Assembly: GCA_964548235.1 (NCBI GenBank)
Contig: CAZJRV010000002.1
Coordinates: forward strand, 1-35,528
Source: an uncultured Verrucomicrobiota bacterium
GTDB lineage: Bacteria > Verrucomicrobiota > Verrucomicrobiia > Limisphaerales > UBA1100
Reading direction: 5' to 3'
DNA length: 35,528 bases
Below, one piece after another: positions 25,443 to 32,855 of the stretch. Each line of letters begins with the position of its first letter. The first letter of the stretch is position 1. The notes under the pieces were generated by a model that was given only the letters and a program-made list of their open reading frames with translations, was not told the DNA's origin and ran no database searches. The position numbers and the translations under genes were made by a program.

Positions 25443-26342
25443 ATGAAAACCATTCAACGCAAATCCACCGGATTCACCCTCATCGAGTTGCTCGTGGTCA
25501 TCGCGATCATTGGCATTTTGGCGTCCCTCCTGCTGCCCGTGCTGGCGCGTGCCAAGTTTAAGGCCCGGTCCATCAAGGGCCAATCCAATGCAAAGCAGAT
25601 TGCCAACGGCATTGAGGCTTACCGTGGCGATCACGAAGGGCGTTGCGCCCCATCGGTGAATGGAGGTGGTTGGACCGATCGTTACGCGAGCCGCTATCCA
25701 AAGTCCGATTGGCAATGGAAGACCAATCCGGATACCCGGAAACAATATTATTATCACTGGTATTGGGGCAAGATGTACGCGGATTATCTGGGTGCCGGGG
25801 ATGCCAAGAAGGTTTTCAATGACCCAACCAGCTTGGCCACGGATCCCTATTATGTGGATGGACCTCGTGGGCAACATCCATATACGGACTGGAGTTTCAA
25901 CGGCGTGGGCGGATGGTTTACCAGTGATGCCGCGAATTTTGATGACCGGAATTCAAGGCGCCGCACGGGCCGAATTGATGTTAGCTATTTGGATCCGGTA
26001 AAGACCATTCTTTTTCAGTCGGGCTATGAATCTATGCTCGACGGCAATGGCGATGTCCCTTGTTTTGCGTTCACCCAAGACAGCGGGGCACTCAATCCGG
26101 CCAATCCACAGACGGCCAAGAACCGTGGCAATTCTGAAACCACATTGCGCTCCATCTTACGCCACGGGGGCAAATCCGCGGTGATCTATGCCGATGGTCA
26201 TTTGGAATTGAACACCATTGGCGAGCTGTCCCCTGATCGGTATATGCCGGATCCTTCTGGAATGGCGGCTTGGAGACAGTATGGCAGCGGACGCTACACA
26301 CAGCCCACACCTTACGATTTCAGCACCGCAGTCATTCCTTGA
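25443..26342 (+). CDS. Prepilin-type N-terminal cleavage/methylation domain protein with H-X9-DG motif (DUF1559-like)
   Basis: N-terminal [26 protein letters not shown] (class III signal, G/F cleavage site, E+5). C-terminal [14 protein letters not shown] matches H-X9-DG. Confidence 0.85.
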   Translation: MKTIQRKSTGFTLIELLVVIAIIGILASLLLPVLARAKFKARSIKGQSNAKQIANGIEAYRGDHEGRCAPSVNGGGWTDRYASRYPKSDWQWKTNPDTRKQYYYHWYWGKMYADYLGAGDAKKVFNDPTSLATDPYYVDGPRGQHPYTDWSFNGVGGWFTSDAANFDDRNSRRRTGRIDVSYLDPVKTILFQSGYESMLDGNGDVPCFAFTQDSGALNPANPQTAKNRGNSETTLRSILRHGGKSAVIYADGHLELNTIGELSPDRYMPDPSGMAAWRQYGSGRYTQPTPYDFSTAVIP

Positions 26343-26367
26343 ACAGACCTTCGCCTGTGTTTGCTTG

Positions 26368-27528
26368 TTAACGAAATGACACGAGTGCCCCCGGCTTGAG
26401 CGCGTGCTTGGGCATTTCCTTCAACGAATTGAAGGTGCGCATCGTTTCCACTTTCTCGAGCGTGTTTTTGCTTTCGTCGTATACGCCGGTTTTCGCATTG
26501 AGCACACCCTTGGATTTCAGGACGAGGTGTTCCACCATAAAAGGATACATCGCCTGACGCTTCGAGTATTGGTAGCCGTGACCTTCCGATGCAAAGTGGG
26601 TGTTGGCCGCCTTGGTCTCCGCGCCATAATATTTGTAAATGTTGCGGATGAAAGGGTGCTCAACCTTCGGCGTGTTCTTCGTCCAGTCGCCGCCCACGGA
26701 AATCAATTTCAATGGACGCGGTGCCGCCAGCGCTGTGATCTCTGCGTTGTTGGTTTCCAGTTTCGCGGTCTTGTGGATGGGCATTCCGCTCTCGCAATGG
26801 CAGCCGCCAAAGAAATGCGCCGACACCATCACCACCGGCACACTCACCGCCACGCGATTGTCTACTGCCGTCAGCAAAAACGTCTGTGTGCCGCCGCCAG
26901 AACAGCCGGTGACGCCCAATCGTTTGGTATCCACCTCCGGCAGGCTTTCCAAAAAATCCAACGCACGGATACTACTCCAAGTTTGCAGCGTAAGCGCTTG
27001 CGGATGCCTGTGGTTCCAGCCCAGGTGTTCCGAGTCGCCAAAGCCAATCATGTCGTACGAAAATACCACCGCCCCCATGCGCGCTAAAGTTGCGCAACGA
27101 TGCTGTTGATCCGGTCGCAACCGCCCTCCCGCAGGTCCTCGCGCATGGCCGTGTGGACAGAGGATGCCCGGGCGTTTGCCCTTGCGGCCGAGCGGCCGGT
27201 ACAGGTTGCCATACACAAAAAAACCGGGTCGCGCCTCGAAGGCTGCCGCCTCCACCGTGTAGCCATTGTAGGTGCGCTTGTTTTTGATGATTGCATTCAG
27301 TGGTGTGCGTTTAGGTAACGGATTCAGTTTTGCGCCTGTAAGAATTTGCCGCCGCACAGCCGCCGCGCGGGTTTTCCATTCAGCAAGATTGGAATGGGTG
27401 GCTGCCAGTCGCGCGAGTTGCTTTACAGCTTCTGCTTCCGAATGATAATTGCCGACACAAAGCGTGGGCTTTTCCGCCGCGAAGGATGCAAACGCAATCA
27501 AGGTGTATGAAATAAAAAGATGTTTCAT
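26368..27528 (-). CDS. Secreted alpha/beta hydrolase (acetyl-xylan-esterase / Abhydrolase_7-like)
   Basis: Signal peptide MKHLFISYTLIAFASFAAE. Nucleophile elbow GVTGCSGGGTQT (G-x-S-x-G). 386 aa. The specific family is not resolvable by eye. Confidence 0.65.
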   Translation of the reverse strand: MKHLFISYTLIAFASFAAEKPTLCVGNYHSEAEAVKQLARLAATHSNLAEWKTRAAAVRRQILTGAKLNPLPKRTPLNAIIKNKRTYNGYTVEAAAFEARPGFFVYGNLYRPLGRKGKRPGILCPHGHARGPAGGRLRPDQQHRCATLARMGAVVFSYDMIGFGDSEHLGWNHRHPQALTLQTWSSIRALDFLESLPEVDTKRLGVTGCSGGGTQTFLLTAVDNRVAVSVPVVMVSAHFFGGCHCESGMPIHKTAKLETNNAEITALAAPRPLKLISVGGDWTKNTPKVEHPFIRNIYKYYGAETKAANTHFASEGHGYQYSKRQAMYPFMVEHLVLKSKGVLNAKTGVYDESKNTLEKVETMRTFNSLKEMPKHALKPGALVSFR

Positions 27529-27566
27529 GCGGAAAGGCTGGCAGATGTGGCGAATTTGCGCAACGG

Positions 27567-28325
27567 CTATTCTTTTTTCTTTGGCCGCTTGGGCCGAGCC
27601 AAATGTCGACCACGAAAAAATGATTTGTGCAATTTCAGCAGCCGGCCCAGTTCCTGAATGGGCGTCTTGTGGTCGGCCACGCGCAGGTCGATGTAGCGGT
27701 CGTTGGCTCCGCCGTAGCTGCCTTTATCGCGCACCACCAACAGTGCGGCGGATTGCCGGCCGCGCTTGTCGCCGCCGGCGGCCTGCCCGGCCTCGAGCGC
27801 GGCCATCAGCCAATCGGCCAGTTCGGTCTTGGGTTGCTTGCGCGCCTTTTCAAATGCGGCGGCCATGTCCTTCGCCACTGCCTCACCGGCGAGGATGTTG
27901 CCCTGCACGGCATAGTGTTTTCCTGTGATGTGCCCGGCCCATTTCATGCATTGTCTGCCGGTGAAACTAGCGGCGCGGCCCTTGGCGTCCACGATGCCGA
28001 GCTGCCGGAAATTACGCTGTGGGTCATCCCCGGTCAGTGCCTTGACCACTTCCTCGGGTGAGTTGCCCTTTGCCAGCAGCGCCAATCCATCCGGGCCATA
28101 CGCGATATTTGCCCAAGACTGCGTGGCCACGGCACCGACGCCCGCCTTGGCCCAAGGCACTACGGATCCCACGCTGAAAAATTTGCTCTGCACCGCCACG
28201 CCGAGTTCATCTGTTTCAGGATCAAACGCCACGATGGAAAATGTGGCGATGGGTTTTTCGGATGCAAACGTGGCGACACGGAATGCGCAAATGAACACGG
28301 ACATGATGAGGGCAATGCGTTGCAT
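27567..28325 (-). CDS. DUF1028 (Ntn-hydrolase fold) protein
   Basis: ORF trimmed to ATG 28325 (MQRIALIMSVFICAFRVATFA signal). TFSIVAFDPETDELGVAVQSKFFSVGSVVPWAKAGVGAVATQSWAN is the DUF1028 N-terminal signature, with a T nucleophile after the signal cleavage. 38 nt upstream of the hydrolase gene. Confidence 0.8.
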   Translation of the reverse strand: MQRIALIMSVFICAFRVATFASEKPIATFSIVAFDPETDELGVAVQSKFFSVGSVVPWAKAGVGAVATQSWANIAYGPDGLALLAKGNSPEEVVKALTGDDPQRNFRQLGIVDAKGRAASFTGRQCMKWAGHITGKHYAVQGNILAGEAVAKDMAAAFEKARKQPKTELADWLMAALEAGQAAGGDKRGRQSAALLVVRDKGSYGGANDRYIDLRVADHKTPIQELGRLLKLHKSFFRGRHLARPKRPKKKE

Positions 28326-28475
28326 TGGGTGATTGTAGGGCAGTCGATGGATGGGGCAATAAGTTTGATGAACAATTGTTTTCACGATTCCTGTTCCGGT
28401 GTTCACAGCGCGTTCACAGCGGATTTGGGATAACTTTTTGTGCCATTCAACCGTGGTCGAAGCTAGCTTGGCTGT

Positions 28476-28982
28476 GTGGCAACGGTGGCCGAACAATTAC
28501 GACATGCACGCGAAGCCAAAGGCTTGGCGCTGGCGGAGGTGGTGGAACTCACCCAGCTCAAGACCGATCAGGTTCAGGCGCTGGAGGGCGGCCGCTATGA
28601 GGAATTTGCCGCGCCGGCTTATGTGCGTGGCTTCGTTCGCAGTTACGCGAAAATGCTGAAGCTGGACACGGAGGCGCTGCTCAATCAGCTGAATGTCGAG
28701 ATGGGCCAGGCCTCCGGCACCCAGCCCGATGGCAGCAACGCCGCTTTGCGCGCCGGGATTCTTGACGCCATTATGCTTGCCTTCTCGCGCGTGAACTGGC
28801 GGCTGGTGTTGCCGGTGTTCGCGTTTGCGGCGATTGCGGCCGGTATTTTTTATGGCGTGAAATGGAAACGCAATTTCGACAGCACCGATCATTTGAAAAA
28901 TATCGGTTCCGGCCTGTACGCGCCCGATGCTGTTTCGGATGCGGATATGTTGCCGCTGGATTCGCCTGATTCCGGCTCTTGA
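28476..28982 (+). CDS. RodZ-like HTH (XRE/HTH_25) membrane-anchored protein, short form
   Basis: GTG start. VAEQLRHAREAKGLALAEVVELTQLKTDQVQALEGGRYEEFAAPAYVRGFVRSYAKMLKLD matches the RodZ N-terminal HTH. One TM (WRLVLPVFAFAAIAAGIFYGV). No DUF4115-like C-terminal domain. Confidence 0.6.
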   Translation: MATVAEQLRHAREAKGLALAEVVELTQLKTDQVQALEGGRYEEFAAPAYVRGFVRSYAKMLKLDTEALLNQLNVEMGQASGTQPDGSNAALRAGILDAIMLAFSRVNWRLVLPVFAFAAIAAGIFYGVKWKRNFDSTDHLKNIGSGLYAPDAVSDADMLPLDSPDSGS

Positions 28983-29016
28983 TTTTATTTTTGGAATCAC
29001 TAGGCTGGCTGCGCCC

Positions 29017-30582
29017 GTGGCCCGCTCGTCCCAACGCAATGCTGTTGCCACCCCCACTCGCGTGGGGTTGATTTCGCTGGGGTGCGCCAAAAATTTAGTC
29101 GATGCCGAGGTGATGCTAGGCTCGCTGATGTCCGACGGCCTCGAGATCACCAATGAACCCTCCGAGGCCGATGCGCTCATCGTCAACACCTGTTCCTTCA
29201 TCGACACCGCGCAGGAGGAAAGCGTAAACACCATTCTCGAATCCGCCGAATACCGCGAAGCCAAACGCCCGGGACAGGCGCTCATTGTCTCCGGTTGTTT
29301 GCCCCAGCGCTTTCGCAAAGAGCTGCCCAAGCTGATGCCCGAGGTGGATGCCTTCATGGGCGTGGATCAAATTGCCGATGTATCGCGCATCGTGCGCGAA
29401 GCCATCACTCATCGCGCCGCCCAACCCACCAACGGCGCGCCAAAGCGTGTGCGCAAAAAGGCGCCCCTGCCCATCAGCGAAATCCACACGCGCCCCGAGT
29501 ATGTGCCTGATGTGGAGACGCCGCGCTTTCGCCTCACGCCGCGCCACATGGCGTATGTGAAGATTGCCGAGGGCTGCAATCATCCGTGCAGCTTTTGCAT
29601 CATCCCCAGAATGCGTGGCAGTCATCGGAGCCGGCCACAGGCCGATGTGGTGGCTGAGGCGCAGCGGCTAATCAATCAGGGCGTTAAGGAGCTCAACCTC
29701 ATCTCGCAGGACTCCACCTACTATGGGATGGACCTTCGCCCCGGCCATCGTAATTCCATTTCGTCCCCCGAGAAATTTGCCCGCGCCAATGCGGATTTGC
29801 CTGCCGATGGCGCGAATCTCTGCACTCTTCTGCGCGAGTTGAACGCCCTGCGCGGTGATTTTTGGATTCGCCTGCTTTACACCCATCCCGCGCACTGGAC
29901 CGATGAGCTTATCAAGACAATCGCCGAGTGCCCGAAAGTGGCGCGTTACATCGACATCCCGCTCCAGCACATCCACGACGTGATGCTTGAGCGCATGCGC
30001 CGCGAAACTGACGGTCAATACATCCGCGACCTGCTCGCCCGCATTCGCGATGGCATTCCCGGCATTGCCCTGCGCACCACGTTTATTGTCGGTTTCCCGG
30101 GCGAAACTGAAAAACGATTTGAGGCGCTGCTGGATTTCATTCGCGAAACCAAGTTCGAGCGCCTCGGTGTGTTCGCCTATTCCAAGGAAGACGGCACGCG
30201 CGCGGGTGGCATGCGCGGGCAAATTCCCGATTCGGTTAAAAAAGAACGCTGCGCCACCGCGATGGCCGAGCAGAAAAAAATTTCCCGCGCGTTAGGTAAA
30301 ACCAAAGTGGGCACAAAAATCAATGTGATCGCCGAACGCCTCGCCACCGATGCCGACCTCAAGGGTGCCGAAGTGCGCTCGTGGGAGCACGGGCACATGA
30401 GGGATCAATCGCGCAAAAGCCCCAAATTGGATGCCGGCCAATACACACTCACTCGCGGCGAGTCCGATGCGCCGGATATCGATGGCCGCGTGTATGTGAA
30501 AGGCGAACTGCCGCTGGGCGATTTCTCGTGGGTCCGCGTGGTCGGCCACACTGATTACGACTTGATCGCTGAACGAATGTGA
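29017..30582 (+). CDS. rimO: Ribosomal protein S12 methylthiotransferase
   Basis: VGLISLGCAKNLVDAEVMLG MTTase N-domain, radical-SAM CNHPCSFC, and TRAM-like C-terminus. The start is uncertain. GTG 29017 is chosen to avoid the 56-nt overlap with the upstream gene that ATG 28927 would cause. Confidence 0.9.
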   Translation: MARSSQRNAVATPTRVGLISLGCAKNLVDAEVMLGSLMSDGLEITNEPSEADALIVNTCSFIDTAQEESVNTILESAEYREAKRPGQALIVSGCLPQRFRKELPKLMPEVDAFMGVDQIADVSRIVREAITHRAAQPTNGAPKRVRKKAPLPISEIHTRPEYVPDVETPRFRLTPRHMAYVKIAEGCNHPCSFCIIPRMRGSHRSRPQADVVAEAQRLINQGVKELNLISQDSTYYGMDLRPGHRNSISSPEKFARANADLPADGANLCTLLRELNALRGDFWIRLLYTHPAHWTDELIKTIAECPKVARYIDIPLQHIHDVMLERMRRETDGQYIRDLLARIRDGIPGIALRTTFIVGFPGETEKRFEALLDFIRETKFERLGVFAYSKEDGTRAGGMRGQIPDSVKKERCATAMAEQKKISRALGKTKVGTKINVIAERLATDADLKGAEVRSWEHGHMRDQSRKSPKLDAGQYTLTRGESDAPDIDGRVYVKGELPLGDFSWVRVVGHTDYDLIAERM

Positions 30583-30606
30583 GGGATGTGAAGGATGTAA
30601 CACGCA

Positions 30607-31275
30607 GTGAACCTCCCCAATAAACTCACCACTTCGCGGTTTTTCATCACCATTATATTTGTGGTCGTCGTGTTGTGGGACACGTTGCCTTACAATACCT
30701 CATGGGCCGCGCTGTTATTTTTCATTGGGGGCATGACCGACATCGCCGACGGCATCATCGCGCGTCGGCGCGGTTTGCAAACTGACTTTGGCGCGCTGAT
30801 GGATCCGCTTGCCGACAAAATACTCGTCACCGCTGGATTCATTTTATTGGTGGGCATGGAAATGAATCCCAAAACCAACCTCACAGGCTATCAACTCCCC
30901 GAGGCCATCGCTGCGCCGGGCCTGCCTGGGCATTCGCTCATCCCTGCGTGGATGGTCATCGTTATCGTTGCACGCGAACTGGCCATCACCGGTCTACGCC
31001 TATTGGCTGCCAACAAGCAGATCGTCCTCCCCGCCGAGAACATCGGCAAACGCAAAACCAATTTCCAATTCGTCGCCGTTGTCGCCATGCTCATCCTAGT
31101 GAGCTATCCCGGCTGGGGTGAAGGCTGGGTGAAATTTTTCAGCTGGGAAATCGCCGGATGGCCCTGGAGCATTTGGTTCACCTTCATCGCCACTTGGGGC
31201 GCAGTCGCACTCACCGCCATTTCCGGTGCCCATTACCTCTGGAGCAACCGCGACCTTTACATCAAAGACATGTGA
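30607..31275 (+). CDS. pgsA: CDP-diacylglycerol--glycerol-3-phosphate 3-phosphatidyltransferase
   Basis: GTG start. N-terminal NLPNKLTTSRF and the complete CDP-alcohol motif DIADGIIARRRGLQTDFGALMDPLADK. Confidence 0.9.
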   Translation: MNLPNKLTTSRFFITIIFVVVVLWDTLPYNTSWAALLFFIGGMTDIADGIIARRRGLQTDFGALMDPLADKILVTAGFILLVGMEMNPKTNLTGYQLPEAIAAPGLPGHSLIPAWMVIVIVARELAITGLRLLAANKQIVLPAENIGKRKTNFQFVAVVAMLILVSYPGWGEGWVKFFSWEIAGWPWSIWFTFIATWGAVALTAISGAHYLWSNRDLYIKDM

Positions 31276-31784
31276 TGGACCGCCTCCTCCTTTGGATCGC
31301 CCAAGGCACTTGGCTCGGTCGCGTGCCCAAAGCCCCCGGTACGGCGGGCTCGCTCGGCGGTTTCCCCCTCACCGCACTGCTTCTCTGGCCCGGAAACTTT
31401 TGGGCATACCTCGCCGGATGCATCGTGCTCATCCCCATCTCCGCCCGCATCTGCGAACACGCCGAACGCATCCTTGGCGAGAAGGACCCCCCTTCTGTTG
31501 TGCTCGATGAAATCATCGCCATCCCCATCTGCTTCCTCGGCATTTTTGCCCTCATGGAATTCACCGGCCCTAGTCAGCCCAGCCTCGCCGCCATTTCCCA
31601 AATCCCCAACTGGGTCGCATGGGCCGCCGCCGGCTTCGCCCTCTTCCGCCTTTTCGACATCTGGAAACCCGGCCCCATCCACACCACCCAAAACATTCCG
31701 AACGGCTGGGGCGTAGTGATGGACGACGTGCTGGCAGGAATCGTCGTTTGCGCAATCCTCGGCGCGGCGTTTTATATTATGTGA
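31275..31784 (+). CDS. pgpA: Phosphatidylglycerophosphatase A
   Basis: ORF trimmed to ATG 31275 (TGATG overlap with the pgsA stop). GRVPKAPGTAGSL, VVLDEIIAIP, FRLFDIWKPGPI and GWGVVMDDVLAGI are PgpA hallmarks. Confidence 0.85.
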   Translation: MDRLLLWIAQGTWLGRVPKAPGTAGSLGGFPLTALLLWPGNFWAYLAGCIVLIPISARICEHAERILGEKDPPSVVLDEIIAIPICFLGIFALMEFTGPSQPSLAAISQIPNWVAWAAAGFALFRLFDIWKPGPIHTTQNIPNGWGVVMDDVLAGIVVCAILGAAFYIM

Positions 31785-31853
31785 ACCGCCAAGACGCAAA
31801 GCCGCCAAGATTTTTGAAAATGGTTTCCCTTGGTGTCTTTGCGTCTTGGCGGT
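31785..31853. repeat. REP-like palindromic intergenic element, copy 2 (25-nt arms, 19-nt loop)
   Basis: Left arm ACCGCCAAGACGCAAAGCCGCCAAG (31785..31809) and right arm CTTGGTGTCTTTGCGTCTTGGCGGT (31829..31853). The outer 17 bp are perfectly complementary. Begins immediately after the pgpA TGA. Confidence 0.75.
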
Positions 31854-31859
31854 CCACAT

Positions 31860-31888
31860 AAAAAAGAGGCAAGGTGGAACTTGCCCCT
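31860..31888 (-). terminator. Rho-independent terminator of korAB
   Basis: The minus-strand RNA is AGGGGCAAG-UUCCAC-CUUGCCUCU followed by UUUUU. It forms a 9-bp stem that includes one G-U pair possible only on the minus strand. Lies about 70 nt downstream of the korB stop. Confidence 0.6.
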
Positions 31889-31957
31889 CCCCACGGGCCA
31901 ACGGCCTGGGTTACTTCATTCTAGCTTCTAACTTCTGACCTCTGTCTCCTCCGAACT

Positions 31958-32851
31958 CTACTTCATTTTGTCGAAGTTTTGTTGGAGGATTTGGTGGGGT
32001 TCTAGGGCGCCGGTTTTTTCCAGGAATTTGGCGTTGATGGTTTTTTCTCGGTCTTGTTTTGAGGGGCGGTCGACTTGGTAGAAGATGCCGAAGTGGCCGG
32101 GGAAGGGGTGGCTGGCGAGGTCATAGGCTTCGCCTTCGTTGGTGGGATCGTGGTCTTCGGGGACTTCCAGAAATTCGCCGCCTTTGCGCGGGTTGCTGGC
32201 GTCGAAGGCGCCGTTATAAAACTCGGTGCATTCGCTGAGGCATTCGATGAATCCGAATCCATTATGGTCCATGGCCGCTTCCATCATGGCGAGCAGGTGC
32301 TTGGGATTGGTGTGGGTGGTGCGGGCGACGAAGGTGGCGCCGGCAGAGATGGCTTGCTTGAGCGGGTTGATGGGTTGATCGACGGCGCCCCACATGTCGG
32401 TTTTGCTTTTGAAGCCGATGGGGGAGGTGGGGCTGGTTTGTTTCTTGGTAAGCCCGTACACGGAGTTGTCCATCACCACGTAGGTGAGGTTGACGTTTTT
32501 GCGGGCGCAATGGGTGAAGTGGTTGCCGCCGATGGAGAAGGCATCGCCGTCACCGCCAAAGACGAATACGTCGAGATCCTGTCGGCTGAGGGCGACTCCG
32601 GTGGCGAAGGGCAGGGCGCGGCCGTGGATGAAGTGGACGCCGTGGCCTTGCACAAAGTATGGGAAACGGCTGCTGCAGCCGATGCCGGCGACGGTGGTGA
32701 TTTTCTCGTGGTGCAGCTGGCGGTTTTGGATGAGCTTGAAGTAGAGGGCGAGCACGGAGAAATCGCCGCAACCGGGGCACCACGTGGGGTGATCGGCGGC
32801 GATGTCTTTTTTCTTCAGGGGTTCGCGGGGGATGTCGGCGGTGGCGCTCAT
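31958..32851 (-). CDS. korB: 2-oxoglutarate (2-oxoacid):ferredoxin oxidoreductase subunit beta
   Basis: TWCPGCGDFSVL and the TPP-binding GGDGDAFSIGGNHF...NNSVYGLTKKQ motifs. 297 aa. 4 nt downstream of korA. Confidence 0.9.
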   Translation of the reverse strand: MSATADIPREPLKKKDIAADHPTWCPGCGDFSVLALYFKLIQNRQLHHEKITTVAGIGCSSRFPYFVQGHGVHFIHGRALPFATGVALSRQDLDVFVFGGDGDAFSIGGNHFTHCARKNVNLTYVVMDNSVYGLTKKQTSPTSPIGFKSKTDMWGAVDQPINPLKQAISAGATFVARTTHTNPKHLLAMMEAAMDHNGFGFIECLSECTEFYNGAFDASNPRKGGEFLEVPEDHDPTNEGEAYDLASHPFPGHFGIFYQVDRPSKQDREKTINAKFLEKTGALEPHQILQQNFDKMK

Positions 32852-32855
32852 GGCT

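Noticed and set aside
28369-28382. TGAACAATTGTTTT resembles a Gram-positive Cheo/SOS box (GAAC-N4-GTTC).
   Set aside because: There is one mismatch in the right half, and the recA promoter in the same window lacks any such motif. It controls DUF1028/rodZ-like genes, which have no SOS link. It is kept only as a generic palindrome in the findings.
31915-31950. Three stop codons in three frames at 7-nt spacing (TAG/TAA/TGA) as a deliberate all-frame translational stop.
   Set aside because: It is a by-product of a short degenerate heptad repeat in the korB 3' UTR. No ORF enters it on the plus strand after the pgpA stop. It is mentioned only as part of the composite intergenic finding.
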